Shown piece by piece: positions 1 to 9,412 of a stretch of DNA of 64,000 bases. The notes beneath the pieces were generated by a model. That model saw nothing but the letters and a program-made list of their open reading frames with translations, was not told the DNA's origin and ran no database searches. How positions within the stretch are numbered: the first letter of the stretch is position 1; the number at the start of each line of letters is the position of its first letter. Source of the DNA: Bacillota bacterium (lineage in GTDB: Bacteria > Bacillota > UBA5301). The stretch is taken from NCBI GenBank assembly GCA_012735535.1, contig JAAYHC010000063.1:19027-83026 (forward strand). The letters run 5' to 3'. The position numbers and the translations under genes were made by a program.

Positions 1-53
1 CTCACTGGACTAATTTAAAGGGTCCGATTCATTTACCTTTACTTTCTTGTAGT

Positions 54-1025
54 CTAGCAATCCAGCCCCCAGTTGTCAAGAGCAAGATATTCATAATTGA
101 ATCCGTCAGGGGCTAGAGTTTGTACCGCTTGTTGGAAATCGGCCGGTGGCGGCACAAAACAATCTATGGTTGCACCGGTCCGCGGATGGTTAAATCGTAG
201 CCGACAGGCATGCAGTGCTTGTCCTGGTAAACCTAACTCAGGTCCTTTGCCATAAACCTGATCGCCAACGACCGGGGTGCCGATAAAATGCAGGTGTACA
301 CGGATCTGATGGGTCCGACCGGTCCGTAGTTTCAGCTGCACCAACGAGTAGCCGGGATAGTGGGCTAATACGCGGTACTTAGTTACCGCGTGCCGCCCGG
401 ATTGGTGAACGGCCATCTTCTGCCGATGAATCCGGTGACGACCAATCGGAGCATCGATCAGCCCTTCACCGGTAGCCGGTGCTCCGCGTACAATAGCCAA
501 ATACCACCGATGAATCTGCCGATCTTTGAGCATTGCAGCCAAAGCCGCATGGGCAAAGTCATTTTTCGCTACCACCAACAGACCGGTCGTATCTTTGTCC
601 AGCCGGTGTACGATCCCCGGCCGCAGTTCGCCGCCAATGCCGGAGAGATCCGTACAATGATAGAGCAAGGCATTGACCAGCGTACGGTTCTGGTGGCCGG
701 CCCCCGGATGAACTACCAGTCCGCGCGGTTTATTGACCACCAGTAAATCACCATCTTCATACACAATATCAAGGGAGATCGGCTCCGGCCTAACCTCGAC
801 CTCTTGCGGCGGCGGTATGAGCACCACAATCAGATCCCCTGGTGAGACTCGGTAACTCGGTTTGACCTTCGCCCCATTGACCGTGACCAATCCGGCACTG
901 ATCACTTTCTCGGCCAAAGAGCGGGATGGCAAGGCTCGTCCACTTAAATAGCGGTCAATGCGCAGCCCCGCATCTTGCTCATCAACGCTCAGCTCCAACC
1001 GTTCACCCTGTTGTTCGGCGCTCAT
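54..1025 (-). CDS. rluD: RluD-family 23S rRNA pseudouridine synthase (S4 domain + catalytic HRLDKDTTGLL motif)
   Basis: Conserved pseudouridine synthase motif HRLDKDTTGLLVVAKN. Synteny with lspA as in B. subtilis ylyB. Confidence 0.85.
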   Translation of the reverse strand: MSAEQQGERLELSVDEQDAGLRIDRYLSGRALPSRSLAEKVISAGLVTVNGAKVKPSYRVSPGDLIVVLIPPPQEVEVRPEPISLDIVYEDGDLLVVNKPRGLVVHPGAGHQNRTLVNALLYHCTDLSGIGGELRPGIVHRLDKDTTGLLVVAKNDFAHAALAAMLKDRQIHRWYLAIVRGAPATGEGLIDAPIGRHRIHRQKMAVHQSGRHAVTKYRVLAHYPGYSLVQLKLRTGRTHQIRVHLHFIGTPVVGDQVYGKGPELGLPGQALHACRLRFNHPRTGATIDCFVPPPADFQQAVQTLAPDGFNYEYLALDNWGLDC

Positions 1026-1786
1026 TTTTCCACCCCCCTCTTTTGTGGATAGCGGTGCATCCGCTCAGCGATGATTAACCAGGCTATCCCAAAGGCTGCA
1101 ATGATCAAGCTGGCAATCTGTGCCAACGACAATCCCCAGACAAACTCCGGGACATCACGGAAAAACTCGACGACAAAGCGAACTGCTGAATACTGAATGG
1201 TAAAGAGGATCAAGAGGTAGCCTGGGAAATGGTGATGTTTTCGCCGCCTTGAAAGGTACCAGAAAACCCCGAACATCGCCAGAGCTTCGTAAATCTGAGT
1301 GGGATGCCGTGGGCCATCATGCCAGTATGAACAGTCAAAAGCCCAGAACAACTCGGAGGGCAGGCCATAACAACAGCCATTTAGTAAACAACCTATCCGG
1401 ACAATGGCTACCCCCAGGGCAAAAGCAGGAGTAACCACATCAGCAATCAGGCCAACTGATAAACCATGGCGGCGGACAAACCAGATGCCGACAAGAATTC
1501 CGGCGATGGCGCCGCCGTGAAAAGAAAGGCCGCCCGAGCGCAAGTCAAGGATGGCCACCGGGTCACCGGCATACTCCGGCCAGTTTAAAGCGACAAAGAA
1601 CAAGCGAGCGCCCACCACCCCGGAGACTGCCATCAACAACGCGAAGTCAGCCAACAGCTCACGAGTCATCTTAGCTTTTTCCGCGTGTTTGAGAGTTATC
1701 GCGTAACCAACTAGAAAAGCCAAGGCGACCATGAAGCCATAGCCGTAAACAGGAAGGCCAAAAAGCTCAAAGAGAACCGGTCTCAC
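1022..1786 (-). CDS. lgt: Prolipoprotein diacylglyceryl transferase
   Basis: Multi-TM protein with Lgt-like GGLSFHGGAIAG and GARLFFV motifs, adjacent to lspA. Confidence 0.8.
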   Translation of the reverse strand: MRPVLFELFGLPVYGYGFMVALAFLVGYAITLKHAEKAKMTRELLADFALLMAVSGVVGARLFFVALNWPEYAGDPVAILDLRSGGLSFHGGAIAGILVGIWFVRRHGLSVGLIADVVTPAFALGVAIVRIGCLLNGCCYGLPSELFWAFDCSYWHDGPRHPTQIYEALAMFGVFWYLSRRRKHHHFPGYLLILFTIQYSAVRFVVEFFRDVPEFVWGLSLAQIASLIIAAFGIAWLIIAERMHRYPQKRGVEK

Positions 1787-2235
1787 TTACGTAATTCCCT
1801 TTCATCCAGACGCAATAACTCGATAATCACCAAAATGCCGCCGGAAATGATCAGGACATCGGCGAGGTTAAAGACTCCCGGCCAATGTTTAAGCTGGAAC
1901 ATGTCCACCACATAACCATACCTAACCCGGTCCAATAGATTACCGATGGCTCCGGCTAATCCCAGACTGAGCCCGTACCGAGTCCAGCGACGTTCCACCG
2001 GCAGACGGCGCAAAAAGTAGAACACGGCAAGCACGGCCAATATACCCACCGACACCAAAAACTCGGTTTCATGTGCCAGAAACCCGAAAGCCGCTCCGGT
2101 ATTACGCAAGTATGTCAGCTTCAATACCCCAGGGATCAGGTTGATCGACCGGCCGGGGTGTAAGTTATAGCGCACAAACAGTTTTATTGCTTGGTCAAGT
2201 ATCACCAACAGGGGAACCAATACCAAGGGATGCAA
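1783..2235 (-). CDS. lspA: Lipoprotein signal peptidase II
   Basis: About 150 aa, 4 TM, conserved NTGAAFG and FNLADV motifs. Confidence 0.85.
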   Translation of the reverse strand: MHPLVLVPLLVILDQAIKLFVRYNLHPGRSINLIPGVLKLTYLRNTGAAFGFLAHETEFLVSVGILAVLAVFYFLRRLPVERRWTRYGLSLGLAGAIGNLLDRVRYGYVVDMFQLKHWPGVFNLADVLIISGGILVIIELLRLDERELRK

Positions 2236-2298
2236 AGTGCTGCTCCTTAACTTTTTTTCTCATTTTAGCACAGCACTACAGAAGTAGCAATCTACGGG

Positions 2299-3012
2299 CT
2301 AACCTCGGCCCCGCCGACTCTGCATCCGGTGTGGTTTACGTACAAGATTACGATCGGGCTCCGGAAAAATGATTCGGTCCTGGTCCGCTTCCCCCTCGGT
2401 GCCATCAACTACCGCTTCAATCCCCTCAACAATACCGAGATTTTCGTCCGCATCAACGTAGGTTTCATCATAACCGATCGCATCCAAGACATCTTGGGGC
2501 GAGTTAGCATTTCCGTATTTAGCCAGCGCCTGCCAGGTATCTTCCCCATCAAAACCGACATTGTCGTTCTCCGCGTCATCCGTAAAAGTGCGCGCAAAGG
2601 GCGGGTAAAGCAGTTCCTCCTCTACCGGACGCCGCCGGGTTGTCGTTTCGTACTGAGCTGCGTCGGCTACGCAGGTAGTTGCGTAGGGGATGGCTTCCAA
2701 TCTTTCAATCGGGATTTCCCGGCCACAAACTGAGCAAATACCATACTTCCCTTGCTCCAAGCGCTCTAAGGCCTCATCTATCTGGGAGAGGATAACATGT
2801 AAGTTGTCTGCCAAACCAAGGTCTTTCTCCCGCTCAAAGGTCTCGTTGCCCAAATCTGACGAGTGTTGATCATAACTCGTCAACTCGCCGACCGAATCTT
2901 TGAGCGGCTCTTCACTCTGTGGCCGGCGCAATCCGGCCAACTCGCCGGTGATGCGTTCCCGCTCGGCAAGCAGTCTTTTTTTTAACTCCGCAATTTGGCC
3001 CGTACTCAACAT
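2299..3012 (-). CDS. DksA/TraR-family C4 zinc-finger protein (YlyA/YteA-like) with long poly-acidic C-terminal tail
   Basis: Coiled-coil N-terminus then a CSVCG...C-x-x-A zinc-finger region typical of DksA/TraR. Sits between ileS and lspA like B. subtilis ylyA. Likely start is the ATG after AGGAGG at ~3012, although the track ORF extends to 3087. Confidence 0.65.
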   Translation of the reverse strand: MLSTGQIAELKKRLLAERERITGELAGLRRPQSEEPLKDSVGELTSYDQHSSDLGNETFEREKDLGLADNLHVILSQIDEALERLEQGKYGICSVCGREIPIERLEAIPYATTCVADAAQYETTTRRRPVEEELLYPPFARTFTDDAENDNVGFDGEDTWQALAKYGNANSPQDVLDAIGYDETYVDADENLGIVEGIEAVVDGTEGEADQDRIIFPEPDRNLVRKPHRMQSRRGRG

Positions 3013-3034
3013 CTTGAACATCCTCCTCAGTAGA

Positions 3035-3343
3035 TCACCTGGCATAGCTCTCCAACTGTCCCTGGACCAACTGGACCAATTCAGCAATAAACGTTCCGAT
3101 TACCGGTAGATTGAGTTGAGCCAAATAACCTAAAGCATATAGGAACAGCGCGGCAATCAAAGAAAAACCGACCGCAAAACCGAAGCCTCTAGCAACCCCG
3201 TTCAAAAAGTTGACCACCAGCATCCGGGTCGGGTTCTCTAGAAACTTGACGTACTCGGCGATACTGGCTTTTTCCAGACCGGCAATCAATTCACGAATCT
3301 GATCGGCCAGTTCCGCCTGGACTCTGCGGTCGGTAGATTCCAT
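3035..3343 (-). CDS. Small membrane protein of unknown function (DUF5665-like), 2 TM
   Basis: 102-aa ORF with amphipathic N-terminus and two hydrophobic helices. Tightly packed between ileS and the ylyA-like gene. No recognisable catalytic motifs. Confidence 0.4.
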   Translation of the reverse strand: MESTDRRVQAELADQIRELIAGLEKASIAEYVKFLENPTRMLVVNFLNGVARGFGFAVGFSLIAALFLYALGYLAQLNLPVIGTFIAELVQLVQGQLESYAR

Positions 3344-3395
3344 AGTGAGCTAACCTCCAGGCTTTAATCGTAGCCTGCCCAGGTCAGCGTAGTTT

Positions 3396-6206
3396 TTAAT
3401 CACTGGTCACAACATCTGTGCAGCGTGGACAGAGCTTCGGGTGGTTTGCATCTACTCCTAGTTGTGGAGAATAAACCCAGCACCGTTCACACTTTTCTCC
3501 TGGAGCCCGTTCGACCATGATCGCCAAACCACCGTCGGTCGCTGGGAGCGCCTCCGGCGGTGCTGCAAGGCCGAGGGGTGCCACCTCCGCAGCGGAGACA
3601 ATGAAGATCGTCGCCAGTTCGTCAGCAAATCCGGCCAGAAGCTCATAGAGCTGTGGATTGTTGGAATAGAGCACAACTTTAGCCTCCAGACTATTGCCGA
3701 TCATTTTGGCGTTCCGGGCCGCTTCCAGAGCACGATTGACCTCTTCGCGCACAGCCAAAATCCGGTTCCACTTCTCCGCCAGCTCGGGATCCAAATACTC
3801 TTGCCGTACCTCGGGCCAAGAGGTCAGCTGAACGCTTAGTGGCTTATCCTTGGTTTGGGGCAAGTATTGCCACATCTCTTCGGCCGTAAAAGTTAGTACC
3901 GGACTGATGACCCGGACCAATACATTGATGATATGGTACAGGACCGTTTGAGCCGAGCGGCGCGCATGGCTATCGGCTTTGGATGTATAGAGACGATCTT
4001 TGAGTACATCCAAGTAGAAAGCCCCAAGATCCACAGCCGCGTAGTTGTGAACCGTATGGTAAAAAACATGGAACTGATAGTTGTCAAAGGCTTTGGTCAG
4101 CTTATCCAGAACCTCCTGGAGCCGGTGTAAGGCAAAGCGGTCGATCTCGAGCAAGTCGGCATAGGCTACCAGATCAGTGTCGGGATTGAAGTCACTGAGG
4201 TTGCCGAGAATGAACCGCCCGGTATTGCGAATCCGCCGGTAAACCTCTGACAACTGCTTGAGGATCCCTTCGGACACTCTGATATCGTCGGTATAGTCGG
4301 CCGAAGAAACCCAGAGCCGCAAGATATCTGCACCATACTGTTCAATCACCTTGTCCGGAGCTACCACATTACCGAGCGATTTGGACATTTTCCGGCCTTG
4401 TTCGTCTACGATGAAACCGTGCGTTAGCACCGAACGATACGGTGCTTGACCGGTGGTGGCAACCGCTGTTAACAAGGAAGATTGGAACCACCCGCGATGC
4501 TGATCGCTGCCCTCCAGATACATATCGGCCGGCCACCTCAAATCCGGCCATTGGGTCAGCACAGCCCGATGGCTGGAGCCGGAATCAAACCAAACATCCA
4601 TGATATCCGTTTCTTTGCGGAATGTGCTAGCACCGCATCCTGGGCAAACAAAACCTGGCGGCAGGAGCTCACTTGCTTCATATTTGAACCAGGCATCCGA
4701 ACCCTCAGCGGCAAAGCGATCCCGCACAGCCGCAATCGTTTCTTCGGTAATGATCGGTTCATTGCACTCGGTACAGTAAAAGACCGGGATCGGCACGCCC
4801 CAGACCCGCTGCCGTGAGATGCACCAGTCGCGGCGCTCGCGCACCATACTGCTAATCCTGTTTTCGCCCCAAGCAGGGTACCATTTGACCTGCTTAATTG
4901 CTGTCAAGGCCTCCTCGCGAAAACCTTCGACAGAGGCAAACCACTGCTCGGTAGCCCGGAAAACGATCGGCTCTTTACAGCGCCAACAGTGCGGGAATTG
5001 GTGTTGTACAAAGCCGAATTTCAGCAAGGCACCAAGTGCTTTCAGATCTTCGACGACTTTTTTCCCGCCTGCATCGAGATCTAGCCCGGCGTAGGGACCG
5101 GCTTCGTGCGTAAAATGTCCGGTCGGGTCCACCGGATTGAGTACCGGCAAACCATATTCAGACCCAACGATAAAGTCTTCTTCACCATGACCGGGAGCCG
5201 TATGGACACAACCGGTTCCTTGTTCGAGCGTAACGTGCTCGCCCAAAATAACCAGTGATTCACGATCAAAGAGCGGATGTCGGCAAATAGCGCGTTCGAG
5301 CTCGCGTCCGACAAATTTCTGCCGCACCTGGTAATCCTGCCAACCAAACTCCTGGGCCAGGCGAGCTAATAACTCAGCCGCGACCACAAACCGCTCATCT
5401 CCCACTTCCACTAGTACGTACTCAAAAACCGGATGCAAGCAAATACCGAGGTTGGCGGGGATAGTCCACGGTGTGGTAGTCCAGATGACGATATAGGTAT
5501 TGGCGACCTCGCCGCCAAACAGCTTTTGGTCGTCAATCAACGGAAACTTGACATAAATCGAGGGCGAGCGCTTATCGGCATACTCTACTTCAGCCTCCGC
5601 CAGAGCGGTCTCACAGGAAGTGCACCAGTAAACTGGTTTTAAACCTTTGTAGATATAACCTTTTTGCGCCATGATTCCGAAGACTTCAACCTGCTTGGCT
5701 TCATAATGGGGCATGAGCGTGTAATACGAGTCATCCCAGTTACCCCAGACCCCAAGCCGTTCGAACTCTTGTCTTTGGATGGCGGCAAATTTCAGCGCAT
5801 AATCACGACACTTCGCCCGGAACTCCAAGGTACTCACGGCGTGCCGATTTAACCCGAGGTCTTTGATAACTCTGGTTTCGATCGGCAGACCATGCGTATC
5901 CCAACCATGAATGTACGGTGTAAAATATCCACGCGCAGACTTATACTTGACAATGATATCCTTCAGCGTTTTATTCAAAGCATGCCCGATATGAATATGC
6001 CCATTGGCGTACGGCGGTCCGTCATGCAAAATCCAGGCGGGAAAATTATTCTCTTTGGCCCGCTGCTGCACTCGGGCATAAATCTGGTTTTCTTCCCAAA
6101 ACTTTAAGATCTCCGGCTCTTTTTTCGGCAAGTTGGCCCGCATCGGAAAATCGGTTTTCGGCAAGTTCAGGGTTTCGGAATAGTCGACTTTGTGTGTCTC
6201 GCTCAC
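3396..6206 (-). CDS. ileS: Isoleucine--tRNA ligase
   Basis: HIGH motif (GHIHIGHALNK), KMSKS motif, C-terminal CxxC zinc knuckles. True start is probably the GTG after GGAGGTG (~6206) rather than the TTG at 6224. Confidence 0.95.
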   Translation of the reverse strand: MSETHKVDYSETLNLPKTDFPMRANLPKKEPEILKFWEENQIYARVQQRAKENNFPAWILHDGPPYANGHIHIGHALNKTLKDIIVKYKSARGYFTPYIHGWDTHGLPIETRVIKDLGLNRHAVSTLEFRAKCRDYALKFAAIQRQEFERLGVWGNWDDSYYTLMPHYEAKQVEVFGIMAQKGYIYKGLKPVYWCTSCETALAEAEVEYADKRSPSIYVKFPLIDDQKLFGGEVANTYIVIWTTTPWTIPANLGICLHPVFEYVLVEVGDERFVVAAELLARLAQEFGWQDYQVRQKFVGRELERAICRHPLFDRESLVILGEHVTLEQGTGCVHTAPGHGEEDFIVGSEYGLPVLNPVDPTGHFTHEAGPYAGLDLDAGGKKVVEDLKALGALLKFGFVQHQFPHCWRCKEPIVFRATEQWFASVEGFREEALTAIKQVKWYPAWGENRISSMVRERRDWCISRQRVWGVPIPVFYCTECNEPIITEETIAAVRDRFAAEGSDAWFKYEASELLPPGFVCPGCGASTFRKETDIMDVWFDSGSSHRAVLTQWPDLRWPADMYLEGSDQHRGWFQSSLLTAVATTGQAPYRSVLTHGFIVDEQGRKMSKSLGNVVAPDKVIEQYGADILRLWVSSADYTDDIRVSEGILKQLSEVYRRIRNTGRFILGNLSDFNPDTDLVAYADLLEIDRFALHRLQEVLDKLTKAFDNYQFHVFYHTVHNYAAVDLGAFYLDVLKDRLYTSKADSHARRSAQTVLYHIINVLVRVISPVLTFTAEEMWQYLPQTKDKPLSVQLTSWPEVRQEYLDPELAEKWNRILAVREEVNRALEAARNAKMIGNSLEAKVVLYSNNPQLYELLAGFADELATIFIVSAAEVAPLGLAAPPEALPATDGGLAIMVERAPGEKCERCWVYSPQLGVDANHPKLCPRCTDVVTSD

Positions 6207-6224
6207 CAACAGCACCTCCAACAA

Positions 6225-6486
6225 TAACTAATACTAAAAATAAATCTCGCCCGCAAGCAGGGGCGAGATTTCTCCCGTGGTACCACCCTAATTGACTACA
6301 ACATGGTGTAGCCCGCTTAAGTGCTGGATAACGGCAGCAAACCGTAGGATTTACTGGCAACCGCGTTCAATCCCTCACTCCAGGATGATCTTCACCAAGG
6401 GCTTTGGTGCCGAACTCTCACCTGCATCGACTCTCTGTAACCGTATCCCTAGGCTACTCTTCCTATCATCGCTTTAAACAGTATTA
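6225..6486 (-). promoter_or_regulatory. T-box riboswitch leader of ileS (T-box sequence AAUUAGGGUGGUACCACGGG overlapping an intrinsic terminator)
   Basis: Minus-strand leader carries the near-consensus T-box motif AATTAGGGTGGTACC (revcomp of 6278-6297). An 11-bp GC-rich terminator stem (6242-6271) plus a U-run lies immediately downstream. A GA/K-turn-like AGCGAUGA is present near the 5' end of stem I. Firmicute ileS is classically T-box regulated. Confidence 0.75.
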
Positions 6487-6492
6487 GAAAAA

Positions 6493-6522
6493 ATTATACT
6501 ATATTGGAAAAATGAGCGTCAA
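6493..6522 (-). promoter_or_regulatory. Sigma-A-like promoter for the ileS T-box leader (TTGACG-18-TATAAT)
   Basis: Minus strand: TTGACG (6517-6522) overlapping the divIVA stop, 18-nt spacer, TATAAT (6493-6498). Confidence 0.5.
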
Positions 6523-7019
6523 GCTTGCTCTTTTTCCTCGCTGCCGGCTGAAACCTGCGCGCGCATCACAATGGTCGAATCGGTGACCAACTCGTCTTCG
6601 CTCTCTTTTAGGATATGGAAAAAGGTTTGCAACATCGCTTTAAACTGTTCCTTAAACATCCGGCGTTGTTGCTTTAACTCTTCAAGGCGTTTCTTTTCTC
6701 GCGCAACTGCCTGCTGTGCCTGGGCGATCATTTCTTCAGCGCGCAGCTTGGCATCAGCAATAATCTCGCTGCTTTGACGAAGCGCCTCCTCGTAATCGGC
6801 TGTAGCCGCCTGCGCCGCCCGCAGATGGGCCAAGTCATGGGCAGGGGAACTAGGTGCAGCCTTCAGTTTCTCGAGCTGTTCTTTTAATTCGAGGTTTTCT
6901 CGGTAAAGCTGTTCATATTCCAAAAAGACCCGATCTAAAAAGTCATCGACCTCTTGCTCGTTGTAACCGCGAAAACTCCGATGAAAAGCTGCATTTTGAA
7001 TATCAAGCGGTGTTAACAT
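6519..7019 (-). CDS. divIVA: Cell division protein DivIVA
   Basis: N-terminal MLTPLDIQNAAFHRSFRGYNEQEVDDFLD lipid-binding domain followed by coiled coil. Synteny with ileS, ylmH, yggT, sepF. Confidence 0.9.
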   Translation of the reverse strand: MLTPLDIQNAAFHRSFRGYNEQEVDDFLDRVFLEYEQLYRENLELKEQLEKLKAAPSSPAHDLAHLRAAQAATADYEEALRQSSEIIADAKLRAEEMIAQAQQAVAREKKRLEELKQQRRMFKEQFKAMLQTFFHILKESEDELVTDSTIVMRAQVSAGSEEKEQA

Positions 7020-7033
7020 ATCAGTCCCCTCCC

Positions 7034-7816
7034 TTAATAATAACGCTCAATCTCGACAACTGTGCGATTTTTCTTTGTCTGACCGCCAACAGCAGTCACC
7101 ACAATCCGGCCTCTGCCCCCGATGGAAATAACGTCACCTACTTTGACCGGCTGGGAGGCCGCCCGAGCCGGGGTGCCGTTAACTCGGACGCGTAATGCGT
7201 TAATCTCGCGGACGAGCTGCGAACGGCTTTTACCAAACCCGGCCGCCGCCACAGCATCCAGCCGCAAAGAAGCCACCGTAGCTTTAACCAGTTTTTTTCG
7301 CTGTATACCGGCGGAAAGGTCGTCCAAGCCAATCAGTTCGGCCTCGGCCGTAAACCTGCCGACCTTGTGCAAAGAGCGCACAATCTCTTGGGCAATTCCG
7401 TCAACCGCAATAACCTCTCCGCCATCCGCGGTAACCACCACATCGCCGAGATAACGCCGGTTCAGTCCCAGACCCATAATCGCACCAAAAAGATCGCGAT
7501 GGGTCAGCTCATCATCCGGACCGCGTTTGATCCTAATCCGCACTGCGGTGAGAAAATGTGATTCGGTTAGATCCGCGTTAGCGGGACCAATAATCAGCCG
7601 TTTGCGTTCTGCGGTTACAAAACCGCCGGCGAAAATGTATTGGAGATCAGGGTATCGCCGCATGATCTGAGCGACTAAATCCTGCTCGCTAAGTGATAAA
7701 AACCAAGAGGCTTCAATGCTCTGCTTAGCCCGACTTCGTTCAACCAAATCAATAATGTGCGCGGCTACCTCGCGTTCTTCGTCGGTAGCCAAAGCACGCA
7801 GAATTTCTTCGCGCAT
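7034..7816 (-). CDS. YlmH-like S4-domain RNA-binding protein
   Basis: About 260 aa with a C-terminal S4-like fold, in the conserved position between yggT and divIVA. Confidence 0.75.
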   Translation of the reverse strand: MREEILRALATDEEREVAAHIIDLVERSRAKQSIEASWFLSLSEQDLVAQIMRRYPDLQYIFAGGFVTAERKRLIIGPANADLTESHFLTAVRIRIKRGPDDELTHRDLFGAIMGLGLNRRYLGDVVVTADGGEVIAVDGIAQEIVRSLHKVGRFTAEAELIGLDDLSAGIQRKKLVKATVASLRLDAVAAAGFGKSRSQLVREINALRVRVNGTPARAASQPVKVGDVISIGGRGRIVVTAVGGQTKKNRTVVEIERYY

Positions 7817-7831
7817 AAATCTCCTCCAACC

Positions 7832-8098
7832 CTAGAAAAAGAGGGTGTTATAGAGCAAACTAACCACTAACCGCTGCATAACCTGAATGATGATCAACGC
7901 AATAAACGGGCTGAAATCTAGTCCGCCTACCAGGGGCAGGCTGCGTCTGAGCCTGCTTAAGAGCGGCTCGGTCATATCGTAGACAAAGCGAACCACCGGA
8001 TGGGCGGAATACGGAGCCACCCACGAAATAATAACTCGGGCCAAGATCAGCCACTTGTAAACGGTAAAAAGACTATTAACGAGCGAAATCAAACTCAT
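7832..8098 (-). CDS. YggT-family membrane protein (YlmG)
   Basis: 88 aa, 2 TM, conserved dcw-cluster position. Confidence 0.75.
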   Translation of the reverse strand: MSLISLVNSLFTVYKWLILARVIISWVAPYSAHPVVRFVYDMTEPLLSRLRRSLPLVGGLDFSPFIALIIIQVMQRLVVSLLYNTLFF

Positions 8099-8913
8099 TT
8101 TTCGCCTCCCTTTCCTAGCGCCCGTGAAACCTGAGTCGCCTGCCGCACCGCATTGAAAATCAGGCCACGGAAACCGCCCTGCTCCAGCGCGGCCAAGCCG
8201 GCGATGGTTGTCCCGCCGGGAGTGGTAACCGCATCTTTGAGGATAGCCGGATGGGCCTCACTTTCCTTAACTAACTTGGCGGCACCCAAAACGGTTTCTA
8301 CCGCCAACTGACGCGCTACCGGACGGGCCAACCCCTCCCGCACGCCGGCATCAATCAAGGCCTCGATGAAGAGATAAACATAAGCCGGACCGCTGCCGCT
8401 TAGCCCGGTAACCGCGTCTAGCTCTGCTTCACTAACGGTTACCACTTCGCCGAGGGAGCTCAACACTGCTTTAGCCCGATCCAGATGGCTCGGCTGGACG
8501 TTACTCCCCCCGGCCAGCGCGGTTATGCCCGCTCCGATCGTTGCCGGGGTGTTAGGCATGGCTCGAACTACCAGAGCTCCATCCGGCAAGAAAGCTTCAA
8601 GACTGGCAATCCGCACGCCCGCAGCGATCGAAACCAATAAACAGTGCCGTGGCCAAGCTTTAGCCAAATCAGTCAAAACTGCCGAAACTTGCCAAGGTTT
8701 GACCGCTAAAACTACTAAATCGGCACCGGCAACGGCCTCCACTGTCGAAGACGAGATGCCGACACCAAACTGCCGTTGAACCTCGGCGAGTTTTTTGTGG
8801 TCAATATCGACAGCGACAATCGCGGCCGCACGGCTTGGGTCCTGCGCGAGCAAACCCTTGATGACCGCACAACCCATAACCCCTGTCCCAATAATGACTA
8901 CCCGCTCTCCCAA
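8095..8913 (-). CDS. proC: Pyrroline-5-carboxylate reductase
   Basis: N-terminal Rossmann fold IIGTGVMG. ProC-like C-terminal dimerisation domain with the TTPGGTT motif. Confidence 0.85.
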   Translation of the reverse strand: MGERVVIIGTGVMGCAVIKGLLAQDPSRAAAIVAVDIDHKKLAEVQRQFGVGISSSTVEAVAGADLVVLAVKPWQVSAVLTDLAKAWPRHCLLVSIAAGVRIASLEAFLPDGALVVRAMPNTPATIGAGITALAGGSNVQPSHLDRAKAVLSSLGEVVTVSEAELDAVTGLSGSGPAYVYLFIEALIDAGVREGLARPVARQLAVETVLGAAKLVKESEAHPAILKDAVTTPGGTTIAGLAALEQGGFRGLIFNAVRQATQVSRALGKGGEK

Positions 8914-8929
8914 CAGATTCCCTCCCTAT

Positions 8930-9400
8930 TTACTTATTTAGCCAGTCCAACTCGGGATCGAGACTCAATAAGTCCAAATCTGCGGAGATGTTAACCCCTT
9001 TAGGAGTCAAAAGATAAATGGCCTCCTCAACCTTGGCAATCCGGCCATCAATCGCAAAAATAACTCCGCACAAGAAATCTAAGATCCGTTGGGCCATGGG
9101 GGGAGCCGACCGTCTCAGGTTGATTACTACGGGTACATCAGACTGCAAATTATTGACAACTTCCGGCACTTCATCAAAATCACAAAGCTCACAAAGGGCT
9201 ATCTTGGTCAGTCCGCCCTCCTGATCTGATTTACCAGGAAACGAGATCAAGCGCCCCCGCGATACTTTGGGTTCAGAAGTTGCCCGCAGGACCGGTCTGG
9301 CCGGTCGCTCACTGTAACGATCATAAGTGGTATAATCGTCCTCAGGCTCCCCATCTTCTATACCCATCAAATTCAGCAGCTTGTCCAATAGATTCGCCAT
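8930..9400 (-). CDS. sepF: Cell division protein SepF
   Basis: About 150 aa with conserved C-terminal SepF core (VVINLRRS..., IDGRIAKV). Synteny with yggS and yggT. Confidence 0.8.
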   Translation of the reverse strand: MANLLDKLLNLMGIEDGEPEDDYTTYDRYSERPARPVLRATSEPKVSRGRLISFPGKSDQEGGLTKIALCELCDFDEVPEVVNNLQSDVPVVINLRRSAPPMAQRILDFLCGVIFAIDGRIAKVEEAIYLLTPKGVNISADLDLLSLDPELDWLNK

Positions 9401-9412
9401 CGCATTTTCCTC

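Noticed and set aside
6272-6486. Attempt to assign the T-box specifier codon
   Set aside because: Several candidate AUA/AUC triplets occur in plausible loop contexts. Without a structure model I cannot pick one confidently, so only the T-box/terminator core is reported.
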